From positions 256,001-320,000 of the forward strand of contig CAWJKT010000006.1 in assembly GCA_963843375.1 (NCBI GenBank): a stretch of 64,000 nt of DNA, read 5' to 3'. The notes under the pieces are model-generated. The model made no database searches, was not told the DNA's origin, and was given only the letters and a program-made list of their open reading frames with translations. Both the position numbers and the translations under genes were made by a program. Source of the DNA: an uncultured Pseudomonadota bacterium. Lineage in GTDB: Bacteria > Oederibacteriota > Muellerivitia > Muellerivitales > Muellerivitaceae. How positions within the stretch are numbered: position 1 is the first letter of the stretch; each line of letters opens with the position of its first letter. This document shows positions 40,434 through 50,770 of this stretch, piece by piece.

Positions 40434-41879
40434 TTATCCCACACTTCCTTCCAGACTGACGCCCAAGAGTTTCTGCGCTTCCACCGCGAATTCCATGGGA
40501 AGTTTGCGGAAAACTTCCTTGCAGAAACCCATTCACGATAAGGTTCACCGCGTCCTCGCTGGAAAGGCCCCGCTGGCGGCAGTAAAAAACCTGGTCCTCG
40601 CTGATCTTGGAGGTGGAAGCCTCATGGCCCACCTTGGAGCTGTTGTTCTTCACTTCGATATAAGGCACCGTATGGGCCCCGCACTTGTCACCCATGAGAA
40701 GCGAGTCGCACTGGGTGTAGTTTTGGGCGTTCTCGGCCGCCGGCTGGATGCGCACCAGGCCCCGGTAGGTGTTTTGCCCGTGGCCCGCCGAAATTCCCTT
40801 GGAAATGATGGTGCTTTTGGTGTTTTTTCCCACGTGGATCATCTTGGTGCCCGTATCGGCCTGCTGGTAATTGTTGGCCACCGCCACCGAGTAGAATTCG
40901 CCCACCGAATTGTCCCCCTGCAGGATACAACTGGGGTATTTCCAGGTGATGGCCGAGCCCGTTTCCACCTGGGTCCAGGAAATTTTGGAATTACCCCCCG
41001 GCAGGCTCCGCGCTTGGTGACGAAGTTGTAGACCCCGCCCTTCCCGTTTTGTCGCCCGGATACCAGTTTTGAACGGTGGAATATTTGATCTCGGCGTTGT
41101 CCAAGGCGATCAGTTCCACCACCGCCGCGTGCAATTGGTTTTCGTCCCGCATGGGGGCCGTGCAACCCTCCAGGTAGCTGACATAGGCGCCCGCGTCGGC
41201 GATCAGGAGCGTGCGTTCGAACTGACCCGTCTTGGCCGCGTTGATGCGGAAATAAGTGGAAAGTTCCATGGGGCAGCGGACACCCTTGGGCACATAGCAG
41301 AAGGACCCGTCGGTAAAGACCGCGCTGTTCAAGGCCGCGAAAAAGTTGTCGTTATAAGGCACCACCGTACCCAGATATTTTTGAACCAGTTCCGGATGTT
41401 CCTGTACCGCCTCCGAAAAGGAGCAGAAGATGATTCCCAACTCACCCAGTTTTTTCTTGAAGGTTGTTCCCACCGAGACGCTGTCCATGACCGCGTCCAC
41501 CGCCACCCCGGCCAGAACTTCCCTTTCCTGCAAGGGGCACTCCAAGCTTGTCGAACATCTTGAGGATCTCCGGGTCCACCTCGTTGAGGCTCTTGGGCCC
41601 CTGCTTGGGGGCGGAGTAATAAATGATGTCCTGGTAGTTGATGGCGGGGTAATGGACATTCTGCCAATCGGGCTCCTTCATTTTGGTCCAATGCCGATAG
41701 CACTTCAGGCGCCATTCCAAAAGAAAGGGCGGCTCATTTTTTTTCTTGGAAATGAAACGGATGATGTCTTCGTTCAAGCCCGGCGGGGCCGAATCCGCTT
41801 CGATATCGGTGATAAACCCATATTTATATTCTTCCTGGGTGACCTTCTCGACGGGTAATTCTTGTGTTTTAGGTTTCAT
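40434..41879 (-). CDS. sufB: Fe-S assembly protein SufB (apparent frameshifts)
   Basis: 'YKYGF', 'GQFERTL', 'YLEGCTAP', 'ADTGTKM', 'HEASTS', ends LEGSVG*. Confidence 0.95.
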
Positions 41880-41889
41880 TTCTTTTTCC

Positions 41890-42393
41890 TCAGGACTTTG
41901 GAGCTTCAACAACCCGGTGGGCCGCTGGAACAAAAGCATGTGATGTTTTTTGGCTGATCCATTTTTCCATTTCCGGTTCGGTCGCCACCAAATCGGAAAG
42001 TTTGCACTTCATCAGATAACTGGTCATAGCCAGGGAAAGGCCGGTCCAAAGGGATCGGATAGAACAATCCAAGGTATGGATACAGGTTTCATGCTCCCGG
42101 GAAGGCGATGAGCAATATTCCTCGCGTGAGAAAAATTTGCCTCCCAAAGCCTCCAAGACTTCGTTGACGTTAATATCCTGGGGAGCCTTGGAAAGCTGGT
42201 AACCTCCGCTTTGGCCTCTTAGACTTTGGACCAATCCACCCTTTCGAAGTATCCCCATGATCTTGGCCACGTGGGCGGGAGTCAGGTCCTCTTTTTGGGA
42301 TAATTCCATAATGGTGGTGGTCCCTTTGGCGCCCTTCTTGGCCATTTGCAACATACAGCGAAGGCCATATTCCTCCGTGGACGAGAACTTCAT
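41890..42393 (-). CDS. Rrf2 family (IscR-like) transcriptional regulator
   Basis: 'EEYGLR', 'GLVQSLRGQSGGYQL', three Cys in C-x9-C-x5-C; heads the suf operon. Confidence 0.92.
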   Translation of the reverse strand: MKFSSTEEYGLRCMLQMAKKGAKGTTTIMELSQKEDLTPAHVAKIMGILRKGGLVQSLRGQSGGYQLSKAPQDINVNEVLEALGGKFFSREEYCSSPSREHETCIHTLDCSIRSLWTGLSLAMTSYLMKCKLSDLVATEPEMEKWISQKTSHAFVPAAHRVVEAPKS

Positions 42394-42442
42394 TTCCATC
42401 TCCTTAAATTCAAGCAAAACCCTTAACAACTTCACTTTGCGC

Positions 42443-42466
42443 AATCTTGACAAGAAAGTCAAGTAT
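42443..42466 (-). promoter_or_regulatory. IscR/Rrf2-type operator (CTTGAC-N6-GTCAAG)
   Basis: Minus strand ATACTTGACTTTCTTGTCAAGATT fits the IscR type-1 half-site ATASYYGACT and contains a TTGAC -35-like element. Confidence 0.7.
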
Positions 42467-42542
42467 AGGCAAAACTCCTTTCAAATCAAGCTTTTTTGAT
42501 TTTTGAGTGGTTTCTAGCCGACATTTTCGCCAAGAGGGGCTT

Positions 42543-42731
42543 TTAGGAATGCCAATGTTCTGAAATAAATTGGGTTATTTCCTCAATTAAGGGGCGAACA
42601 TTTAGGACGATCAAATCCCAGATAAAAGTCAAAACAAAAAGAACTTCGTGGGGATAACAACAAATGACAACCAAAATAATGGCGATAAAAATCGATAGCA
42701 CCCATTTCCAGCTGCCTTCGGAGGCGATCAT
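42543..42731 (-). CDS. Small membrane hypothetical protein
   Basis: ATGA overlap with gluconokinase stop; hydrophobic. Confidence 0.5.
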   Translation of the reverse strand: MIASEGSWKWVLSIFIAIILVVICCYPHEVLFVLTFIWDLIVLNVRPLIEEITQFISEHWHS

Positions 42732-43216
42732 GAGATTCCTTTCAATGCTTCAACCAGTTGCTTCACGATAGTATCGGGTTCTTTTCGAATATCAACCAGC
42801 AGAGCGTTTGAAGGTTCTTCTAAGGCCTCCATCTGGCTTTCCAACAATTGGGGTCCGGCAAAATGATCTTTTCGGCCTTGAAGCCTCTGTCGCAAGACCT
42901 CTTTATCCCCTTTCAAGTAAACCCATTGAACGGCAAGGCCTTCGGACAATTGATCCCGGTATTTTTGTTTCAAGGCGGAACAGGCTAAAAAAGTCCGGGA
43001 GTTTTCCGCGTCCCAAATTTTCATCTCGTCGTGAAGAATTTGAAGCCAGGAAATCCGATCCTCGTCGGTCAGGGGGATTCCGCAACCCATCTTCTCCCGA
43101 TTAGCCGGGGAATGGTAGTTGTCCGCGTCATAAAAAGGCCCCTTCAAGTCCTGGGCTAATTTACGTCCAATGGTTGTTTTCCCGGATCCCGAAACCCCCA
43201 TCAGAATGACGATCAT
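42728..43216 (-). CDS. gntK: Gluconokinase (GntK/IdnK type)
   Basis: 'MGVSGSGKTT', 'GIPLTDEDR', 'ACSALK..YRD', 'LLESQ..LEEP'. Confidence 0.92.
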   Translation of the reverse strand: MIVILMGVSGSGKTTIGRKLAQDLKGPFYDADNYHSPANREKMGCGIPLTDEDRISWLQILHDEMKIWDAENSRTFLACSALKQKYRDQLSEGLAVQWVYLKGDKEVLRQRLQGRKDHFAGPQLLESQMEALEEPSNALLVDIRKEPDTIVKQLVEALKGIS

Positions 43217-43977
43217 GACCGCACGGGAATGACTTTAAGATAGTACTCCACCGTCTTGAAGGGCCTTTCAATCGTGCGTTCCAAATATTGGAGGACGACG
43301 AGGAAGAGTTCCCTCAAAAAAACCGGCTTCAACTTCAATATATGGACTTTCTCAAGGGACAGGCTTTTCAATTTTTTCAGGACTTCCAATCCCGATGGCG
43401 AAATTTTCAAACTCAGCGGGCCCGAGGGGCAGCAGCTTTCGCACAAGGCCCCGCCTCGGTGGGGTATGAGATAAACTTTTTTTCTTTCCAGGGATGATTC
43501 GCATTCGGCGCAAGAAGACAATTCCAGGGGATAACCGGAACATTCGAGAAACTTGACGCAAAAAGCGGTCAAGAATAGCTCCTGGGAAACGGATTTTTCC
43601 CTCATGGCGGCCAAAGTTTCTTTTAACAATGTATAAACCTCGGGGTTTGGCTCGGTATCGTGGATCGCTTGAATCAAAATATCCGCCAGCAGCTGTAAGG
43701 CCGTGATTCCCGCCAGGTCCTTTTTTAACTCCGCGTAGCCGTTCAAAAGCTTTGCCTGACCCAGCACGTAAAGATCCCCCGATGCCCTCTTATGGAGCGA
43801 GAAACTGGATTCGGTGAACAGTTCCAACGCGGAAGTCAATTTACTCTTAGGCTTGCGGACTCCCTTGACAATGGCCCGCACCCGCCCCAGTTGAAGCGTA
43901 TAAAGTTGGGCGATCTTGTCGGCTTCGGCATAGGGATGAGCGGAGAGGACAAAACCACGGACGGGAATCGACTGCAC
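43213..43977 (-). CDS. recO: DNA repair protein RecO
   Basis: 'YAEADKI...GRVRAIVKGVRKPKSK'; C-terminal CxxC..CxxC zinc finger. Confidence 0.92.
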   Translation of the reverse strand: MQSIPVRGFVLSAHPYAEADKIAQLYTLQLGRVRAIVKGVRKPKSKLTSALELFTESSFSLHKRASGDLYVLGQAKLLNGYAELKKDLAGITALQLLADILIQAIHDTEPNPEVYTLLKETLAAMREKSVSQELFLTAFCVKFLECSGYPLELSSCAECESSLERKKVYLIPHRGGALCESCCPSGPLSLKISPSGLEVLKKLKSLSLEKVHILKLKPVFLRELFLVVLQYLERTIERPFKTVEYYLKVIPVRS

Positions 43978-44943
43978 TTAGGACATTTCCTCTTCCAAAA
44001 GATAAGCCGTCGACAGGGCGGGCATATAACTCATGAACAAAACGGTCAAACTGACGGCGGCGACAAGGTCTACCAGGTCAAAAAAGAATCCGATATAAGG
44101 AAGGTGTCCCATCAGTTCCAGGAAAAAGCGCAGAACAAAGCTTACGATGGCGTAAACCAGGAAAGCCACCGTGAGCCCGATACCGATACGCCACCGCCCC
44201 TCCCGGAATCTTCGGCCCGCTTCCCACAGGGAATCCCACGCGGTTTTCGAGGCCCCCGACCAGCCCAGCCCGCCTTCATTGGTCCTGGTAATTTCAGCCT
44301 TCCAAAGGAAAATAAAGGCCCCGAAAGCCATGAAAAAAAGACAACTTATGAGGATCATTGGAATTCCAACCAATATAAGGAGGATTCCAATCCAAGGAGA
44401 ATGGACCAATAAAACGCCCAGAATGACCGCCACGATAGCGATAAAAATGAGTATCCCCAGGATCAAGGCAAGGGTGATCATCAAAAGCAGGCTTTGCAAG
44501 AACAGGATGGGAAGGAGGAACTTCGCCCCGTTCTTAAAAAACTCCCTAAGGGAGAATTTTTCGCCGTTCCGAAAGTACTGCCAGAAAGTTCGATAAACGC
44601 CGCCGTCGGAGAACGCCGAAAGAAGGCTCCACCAAAGCAGATAAAGGGCCACGACCCCCAGAAAAATCAAAATCCAATTGGCGTTTAAAAAATAAGACGC
44701 CGCGTCCGAACCCACCGAGGTCCAGTCAAAATTCTTCGGGTCCTTGAAGCCATCTTCCATCTGGGACCAGTCCTGTTGAAGAAAGGGCCCCACCAGCAGA
44801 AGGACGCAAAAAAACAAAGTGACATATTGGAGAATAATAAAACCAAGTTGAACCGGGAAAAGCGGCCAGAGCGAGAAACAAGTCTTCCATGCCGAGCTAA
44901 AACAGTCGGAATGGGGGGGGTAAATTTTCTCTTTTGGCACCAA
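43978..44943 (-). CDS. Polytopic membrane protein of unknown function
   Basis: About six hydrophobic segments; in-operon spacing. Confidence 0.7.
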   Translation of the reverse strand: MVPKEKIYPPHSDCFSSAWKTCFSLWPLFPVQLGFIILQYVTLFFCVLLLVGPFLQQDWSQMEDGFKDPKNFDWTSVGSDAASYFLNANWILIFLGVVALYLLWWSLLSAFSDGGVYRTFWQYFRNGEKFSLREFFKNGAKFLLPILFLQSLLLMITLALILGILIFIAIVAVILGVLLVHSPWIGILLILVGIPMILISCLFFMAFGAFIFLWKAEITRTNEGGLGWSGASKTAWDSLWEAGRRFREGRWRIGIGLTVAFLVYAIVSFVLRFFLELMGHLPYIGFFFDLVDLVAAVSLTVLFMSYMPALSTAYLLEEEMS

Positions 44944-44954
44944 GACTCCCGGAA

Positions 44955-45455
44955 TTAACGGTAATTGTTGAACTGGAGGGCCACCTTGATATCGGTCGCC
45001 GATTTTAACAACTGCATGGCCCCCTGAAGGTCGTCCTTGGATTTCCCCGAAATTCTCACCTTTTCATCAACTATGGAAGCCTGAACCTTCAGTTTGGAAT
45101 CCTTGATCCGCTTGACGATGTCCTTGCAGTCTTCCATCGGCATCCCGCTGATAATCTTCACCTTTTGGTTCACCGTGCCGCTGAAGGCCGCATCGGCTTT
45201 TTGAAAGTCCAAGGCCTTGGGGGATATATTGCGTTTAATGAATTTTCCTTTGAGAACGTCCACCACCGCCCGAAGCCGGTTCTCATCGTCCGAAACGATC
45301 TCCAATTCCTTGGCAGCCTTGTTGAGCGTGACCTTACTGATGCTTCCCTTGAAGTCGTAACGCTGGGTAATTTCCTTCATGGACTGGTTGACCGCGTTGT
45401 CCACTTCCTGCAGGTCGACCTCCGAAACCACGTCAAAGGAGTAGGTATCAGCCAT
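44955..45455 (-). CDS. yajQ: YajQ family nucleotide/c-di-GMP-binding protein
   Basis: 'SFDVVSEVDLQEVDNAVNQ', 'RYDFKG', 'GKSKDDLQ', 'QFNNYR'. Confidence 0.95.
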   Translation of the reverse strand: MADTYSFDVVSEVDLQEVDNAVNQSMKEITQRYDFKGSISKVTLNKAAKELEIVSDDENRLRAVVDVLKGKFIKRNISPKALDFQKADAAFSGTVNQKVKIISGMPMEDCKDIVKRIKDSKLKVQASIVDEKVRISGKSKDDLQGAMQLLKSATDIKVALQFNNYR

Positions 45456-45500
45456 GGACGGCCCCCTTCATTTTTGAGTTTTGAATTTGTAATTGGGTTA

Positions 45501-46388
45501 TTATGTCCCGCTATCCGCGTCATCCGAACCGCCTGAGCCTGGCGGCAATTGTATCTCCACGACTTGTCCGGTGGTTCCCAATATTCCCAGCGGCTTTCCA
45601 TTGAATTGGACCTGCACGCCGCCGGCGTTCCCCAGCTTGAGTTTGAAACTTTTTAAAGCCTTATAGGTCTTGGTCTCGCCCTGGTCCAAATCCACTTCCG
45701 AGGTGGATTGGCCGTCATCCATCGTGACTAAAACCCAGGACTTATCCAGTCCCTTCAAGATAAGGTGCTGGTATTTGTCTCCCACCTCGACGGGCTGATC
45801 AGCGGGTGTTTGGGCCGTTGTCGTCGCGGACGGGGTGCTGCTCCATTTAATTTTAGATAAAAACCGCGATCCGTAAAACAGCATTGTTCCTAAAAGGAGG
45901 ACTATCACCAGCCCCAAACCCGCGCGGCCAGCCCATGCCCCCCATTTACCTCGCCGCGAGGCCGAAGCCCTTTGGCGCATGACCGAGGGTTCATGCTGGA
46001 TAGGTTCGGCATATCCTTCGTCCAGCATCTCCAAGTTAAGGGGACTTTCTTCGGTGTCTTGACGGCGAAATACGGGGGGCCGATCCAGCGTGGGGCGCCA
46101 TCCCAGGTTTTTCTCCAATTCCGCCTCGGCGTTTTTCGGTTCGATCCGGATTTCTACCGGCTGTATCTCAGCGTTGAACTGCCGTGTCAATACCATGGGG
46201 TCCATTCCGACCACTTTGGCATAGGCGCGGATGAACCCTTTGGCATAGGTATGCGAAGGAAATATATCGAACCGGTTCTCCTCGAGGGCTTCCAAATATT
46301 TAATCGGAATCTTGGTGCGTTCGGAGACGGTTTCGAGCTTGATTTTCCGGGATTCCCGTGCGGCTTTAAGTTCCGATCCAATGTGCAT
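45501..46388 (-). CDS. rodZ: RodZ-like protein (HTH, TM, DUF4115)
   Basis: 'GSELKAARE...YLEALE...YAKGFIRAYA'; C-terminal 'LGNAGGV...NGK'. Confidence 0.85.
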   Translation of the reverse strand: MHIGSELKAARESRKIKLETVSERTKIPIKYLEALEENRFDIFPSHTYAKGFIRAYAKVVGMDPMVLTRQFNAEIQPVEIRIEPKNAEAELEKNLGWRPTLDRPPVFRRQDTEESPLNLEMLDEGYAEPIQHEPSVMRQRASASRRGKWGAWAGRAGLGLVIVLLLGTMLFYGSRFLSKIKWSSTPSATTTAQTPADQPVEVGDKYQHLILKGLDKSWVLVTMDDGQSTSEVDLDQGETKTYKALKSFKLKLGNAGGVQVQFNGKPLGILGTTGQVVEIQLPPGSGGSDDADSGT

Positions 46389-47047
46389 TAAAAAACCGCC
46401 CCTTCCACGACTTGAGCGTCCTTGGGCGGGGTGAATAGGAACAGGCTGTCCTGCAATCCGCTGTTAAAAGAAATATTTGAAAAATCAGCCTTTGTCGTCA
46501 TGGCTGGCGTCTCCACTTCCATCCGAAAGGGCCACCAATCCTTCTTGTGGATATAGACCTTCATTTTGTCGAAACCGGAATCCTCGACCAGGGGAATAAA
46601 AAGCAATCCGACCTGGCTGTCCGAATTCTCAATGATAGAAACCCGGCTGATACGGATGTACTTTTTCAGTTCTTTCCCCACTCCCAGGTAAATCGGCGCG
46701 TTGGCGCTTTGGCCCTTTCCGGTATGTTGTTGATAGACCATCTTCTGGGCCGGTTGGTACATTTGCACCAGGTCCCCCTGCGCGTAAAGATACTGTTCGG
46801 AGGGCTGGGTGTAATGGACATAGATCATGTCCGGGGACTTGATCTTCACCTTTCCCGTCAACTTTTGCTGGGTACCGGACAGGGAATCCTTCATCTCCAT
46901 CTTCAGGTCCATCTGGACATCCTGGATGGCGGACTGGGCCTGCTCGACATTCTGTGAGACCTGATCCACCGACAAGTCTTTGGCTGAATCCGCCCAAAGT
47001 AAGGATGAAAACACGAGAAAAAACAAGGCAATCAAAAGGCCTTTCAT
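46388..47047 (-). CDS. lolA: Outer-membrane lipoprotein carrier LolA family
   Basis: Signal peptide, 'GKVKIKSP...Y..PSEQ', 'LFLFTPPKDAQV'; follows ftsK. Confidence 0.75.
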   Translation of the reverse strand: MKGLLIALFFLVFSSLLWADSAKDLSVDQVSQNVEQAQSAIQDVQMDLKMEMKDSLSGTQQKLTGKVKIKSPDMIYVHYTQPSEQYLYAQGDLVQMYQPAQKMVYQQHTGKGQSANAPIYLGVGKELKKYIRISRVSIIENSDSQVGLLFIPLVEDSGFDKMKVYIHKKDWWPFRMEVETPAMTTKADFSNISFNSGLQDSLFLFTPPKDAQVVEGAVF

Positions 47048-47081
47048 TTCAGCCGCCGACCTCCAGCCATCCGGTGTCTTT

Positions 47082-49532
47082 TTAATCAATTTTTTCATCC
47101 AGAGTTTCCTCACCCTCATCCTCCAAAGGTCCGCCCGAACCACCCGGAATTTGAACAAGTATCTTCCGGGGTTTGTTGCCATCGGCGGGACCCACTACCC
47201 CCCGCAATTCCATATCATCCAGAAGCCGGGCCGCCCGGCTATAACCCACCTTCAGGCGCCTTTGAAGCAGGGAAGTGGAAGCCTGTTTGGCTCTGATAAC
47301 AATTTCCATCGCCTGGTCGTAAAGTTCGTCCTCGGAAGCTTCCGTGACGGCATCCCTGGAGGATTTAGCCTCGGACAAGTCCGCGGTGTATTGGGGCCCG
47401 CCCTGGGAGGTCCAAAAATCCACCAAACGCTCGATTTCTTCCAACGTAACATAGGCCCCCTGTAGCCGCAAGGGTTTGGGAGCGCCCGAGGGAAGGTAAA
47501 GCATGTCCCCCCGGCCCAAAAGCGCTTCCGCCCCGTTCATATCCAGAATAGTGCGGGAGTCGACTTTGGAGAAAACCTGGAAGGCAATGCGGGCCGGGAA
47601 GTTGGCCTTGATGATCCCGGTGATGACCTCCACACTGGGCCTTTGGGTGGCCAGCACAAGGTGGATGCCCACCGCCCGGGCCATTTGGGCCAGCCGGGTA
47701 ATGGAATCTTCCACCTGGTCCTTGGCCACCATCATCAGGTCCGCCAGTTCATCCACAAATACCACAATGTAATACATGGGAAGTACTTCGGTTTCTCCCG
47801 CTTCTCTTTTTTGAAGCAGCTTACCGTTATAGCTGTCGATGTCGCGCGCGCCGATGTGGGCCAGCATTTCGTACCGTTCTTCCATTTCCCGCACCAGCCA
47901 CTTTAAGGCGAAGTGGGCTTCCTTCGGATCGTTGACCACCGGCAGGGCCAAATGGGGCAAGCCTTTGTAAATACTCATTTCCACCCTCTTGGGATCAATC
48001 AAAACCATGCGTAATCGTTCGGGGTCATATTTGAAAATCAAACTCGCGATGAGAGTGTTCACGCAGACGCTTTTTCCCGAACCCGTGGAACCGGCGATCA
48101 GAACATGCGGCATTTCCTTGATGCTGGCGAAAGCCGTTTCCCCGGCTATATCGCAACCCAAAGCCACCAGTAATTGTTTGGAGGAGGAAAGAAAGGCTTC
48201 TTGGGCGATGAGTTCCTTCAAGGTCACGATCCGGCCCTTGAGGTTCGGCACCTCAATCCCGACCGTCGCCTTGCCCGGAATGGGCGCGACCACCCGGACT
48301 TGGCCGCATTTCAAGGCTAGGGCCAGATCGTCGGCCAGGGAAGCGATCCGGTTGATCTTCACCCCGGCGGCCAGTTGGATTTCATACTGGGTCACGGTCG
48401 GCCCGGGATTGACCCCCACCACATTGGCGTCCACCCCAAAATTGGTCAGGCTTTCCTTGATCGTGCGGCTGATGCCCTCGAAGTTATCCATGGGCTTATC
48501 CTTGGAATCGTCCAAGGTCTTCAGGATGTGGGCCGGCGGCAATTGCCATTGACGAACGATGCGGGCGGGTTTCTTTTCTTCTTCCGCCTCTTCCTCTTCC
48601 TCAACCATTTCGATACTGGCCGCTTCCATTTTTTGTTTCAAGGTCATGGGATCTCCCCCCTTGGCCTCGGCCATGGCGGCGGCAACCACATCTTCCTCTG
48701 GCGTGTAGGGCAGACGGGATTCTTCGGCCTCACCGGTAAAAAGGGCCCTGGATTTAACCGCTGATCTTGAGGGTTTTAAGGTTTTCGCCGCCGTTGGAAT
48801 GGAGGCCACTTCCGGGGCAGTAGAGGGGTCCGGGGATACCCTTTTTCCCCTGGGTTCTTCGGAAACCCCTTTATCGCCTCTGTCCAGCTTTTTGCGGGCT
48901 TCATCCCCTATCTTTTTTTCCCTTTGGCGGTCCTTCCAATCCGAGAAAGTCTTCAAGACTTTCTCATGGATCAATACGAAAGCTTCGAAACCATTCTCTT
49001 GGAACCAACCCGTTCCCTTTTGAAAGCCCTCGATAAAACTCTTCGCGGCCTTGACCAGGTGTTCTTCTTTTTCCAGAAGCCAGGCCGCCAACACGAGGGT
49101 AATCAGGGAAATAATGACGGTTCCCGGCCGGCTGAAAATCGCCTCCATCTGGTCCCCCACCTTTATCCCCAGCCAACCGCTCCATTCAACCCCTTCACGC
49201 ATTTGGGAGGCGGAAAACATTTGAGAATTGGGCCAAATAACCCGGGTCATGGCGTCCAGGGAAACCAAGGACAAAATCAGTCCCAATAACTTAAGACCAG
49301 GTTCCACCAGGGGTTGATTGCGATAGCGGCTATAAGCGAAACGGGCCAGGAAAAAGGGAACCAGACAAGCCCAAAAGCCAAAACCAAAATAAAGTAAATA
49401 GGCAAGATCCGAGCCCGCCTCACCTAAAATATCCCGATTCGCGCCCGTGGGGATGAGGGAAAGCCCGATTAGGAGGCTTAGACTTCCGGTAAGAAAAACC
49501 ACCAGAAAATGGTGGCGTTTTTTTTCAGCCAT
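47082..49532 (-). CDS. ftsK: DNA translocase FtsK
   Basis: N-terminal TMs, 'PHVLIAGSTGSGKS', 'DELADLM', 'ATQRPSV', gamma domain 'LQRRLKVGYSRAAR'. Confidence 0.97.
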   Translation of the reverse strand: MAEKKRHHFLVVFLTGSLSLLIGLSLIPTGANRDILGEAGSDLAYLLYFGFGFWACLVPFFLARFAYSRYRNQPLVEPGLKLLGLILSLVSLDAMTRVIWPNSQMFSASQMREGVEWSGWLGIKVGDQMEAIFSRPGTVIISLITLVLAAWLLEKEEHLVKAAKSFIEGFQKGTGWFQENGFEAFVLIHEKVLKTFSDWKDRQREKKIGDEARKKLDRGDKGVSEEPRGKRVSPDPSTAPEVASIPTAAKTLKPSRSAVKSRALFTGEAEESRLPYTPEEDVVAAAMAEAKGGDPMTLKQKMEAASIEMVEEEEEAEEEKKPARIVRQWQLPPAHILKTLDDSKDKPMDNFEGISRTIKESLTNFGVDANVVGVNPGPTVTQYEIQLAAGVKINRIASLADDLALALKCGQVRVVAPIPGKATVGIEVPNLKGRIVTLKELIAQEAFLSSSKQLLVALGCDIAGETAFASIKEMPHVLIAGSTGSGKSVCVNTLIASLIFKYDPERLRMVLIDPKRVEMSIYKGLPHLALPVVNDPKEAHFALKWLVREMEERYEMLAHIGARDIDSYNGKLLQKREAGETEVLPMYYIVVFVDELADLMMVAKDQVEDSITRLAQMARAVGIHLVLATQRPSVEVITGIIKANFPARIAFQVFSKVDSRTILDMNGAEALLGRGDMLYLPSGAPKPLRLQGAYVTLEEIERLVDFWTSQGGPQYTADLSEAKSSRDAVTEASEDELYDQAMEIVIRAKQASTSLLQRRLKVGYSRAARLLDDMELRGVVGPADGNKPRKILVQIPGGSGGPLEDEGEETLDEKID

Positions 49533-49652
49533 CAGGAATTTGACCTGGCCGTGCGGAAAATAGCCCGGGGATTAGTGAGGTTGGTTAAAAGGGTGAATGG
49601 ATTCATCTCGGAATCAAAGTATAACTTAGGAAACGGAAAATTTTGAAAATAA

Positions 49653-50633
49653 ATGTTTCCCGTTTCAATTCGGGCCTCTTGTAAAATAGGCTTCTCTCAA
49701 AGGCTATTTCCCGGAGACCTCTTGTTTCTTAACATTGCCTACAATGTCATCTTCCCCATTTTTCTCGTCCTGGCCCTGGGCTACCTGCTTGCGAAAAACT
49801 TCAAGTTGGATCTGGGTTCCCTTTCCAAACTCAACTTTTATATTTTCATCCCCGTTTTCATGTTTTACAGCCTTCTGATTTTCAAACCCGGCGCCAAGGA
49901 AATGGCCGACACGATCCTTTTCAACATTCTCTTGGCTTGCGCTACCTTCTTGGCCATGGCGGCCTTGACCCGCTGGCTGAAATTTTCCCCCGACCTGGCC
50001 GCCGCCTCCACCTTGGGCGTCATCATCTTCAACTCCGCCAATTACGGTATCCCCGTGGTGCAACTGGCTTACCAGGGGAAAGGGGTGGCTATCCAGGTGA
50101 TCACCATCACGGCCATGAACGTCCTGACCTACACCTTTGGCATCCTTATCGCGGGGGGCTGGAGCCAGTGGCGCAAGGGGCTTAATATCATCTTAAGACT
50201 GCCGATTCTTTACGCCTTGGCCGCGGCCTTGCTGATCCGGGCGATGAACTTTCAATTGCCCTCCCCTCTGATGACCCCTTTGGAATGGACATCGCAAGGC
50301 ATGTTGCCCATTGCCCTTCTCACCCTGGGGGCCCAGTTGGGGCAGGGAGGCATTTCCTTGAAACACTCAAGGGAAATCTGGATAGCCGTCTCTGCCCGCC
50401 TGCTTTTTTGTCCGCTATTGGCTTTTGGCCTGATTCATCTGTTGGGCATTCAGGGAATGCTGGCCCGGGTTCTCTTTGTTTCCAGTTCCTTCCCCACGGC
50501 CGTCGCCACGGTCCTTTTTGCCATTGAATATGATAAGGAACCCGCTTTCACGGCAGACCTCGTTTTCCTGACAACCCTCTTCTCCGCGATCACGGTTACG
50601 GGCGCAATCAGCCTATCGGCGACTCTTTTTTAG
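49653..50633 (+). CDS. AEC (auxin efflux carrier) family transporter (start uncertain)
   Basis: 'NSANYGIP', 'PIALLTLGAQL', 'FPTAV'; about ten TM segments. Confidence 0.85.
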   Translation: MFPVSIRASCKIGFSQRLFPGDLLFLNIAYNVIFPIFLVLALGYLLAKNFKLDLGSLSKLNFYIFIPVFMFYSLLIFKPGAKEMADTILFNILLACATFLAMAALTRWLKFSPDLAAASTLGVIIFNSANYGIPVVQLAYQGKGVAIQVITITAMNVLTYTFGILIAGGWSQWRKGLNIILRLPILYALAAALLIRAMNFQLPSPLMTPLEWTSQGMLPIALLTLGAQLGQGGISLKHSREIWIAVSARLLFCPLLAFGLIHLLGIQGMLARVLFVSSSFPTAVATVLFAIEYDKEPAFTADLVFLTTLFSAITVTGAISLSATLF

Positions 50634-50641
50634 GAGAGAGC

Positions 50642-50770
50642 ATGAAGCGAAAGACGACCAAGCCTAAAAATAATTCCAAAAACAAGAAAAACCTTTGGAA
50701 AAATCCCTCTTATAGAAACATGATCAACCCCTACGAAAGCAAATACCCTCAGGCGAAAAAGAAAAAATGA
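50642..50770 (+). CDS. 42-aa Lys/Asn-rich peptide coupled to the GH2 gene
   Basis: AGGAG RBS, ATG at 50642, TGA overlapping the next ATG (ATGA). Confidence 0.4.
   Translation: MKRKTTKPKNNSKNKKNLWKNPSYRNMINPYESKYPQAKKKK

Noticed and set aside
38261..41879. suf genes as true pseudogenes or programmed frameshifts
   Set aside because: Similar indels hit unrelated essential genes; sequencing error is more parsimonious
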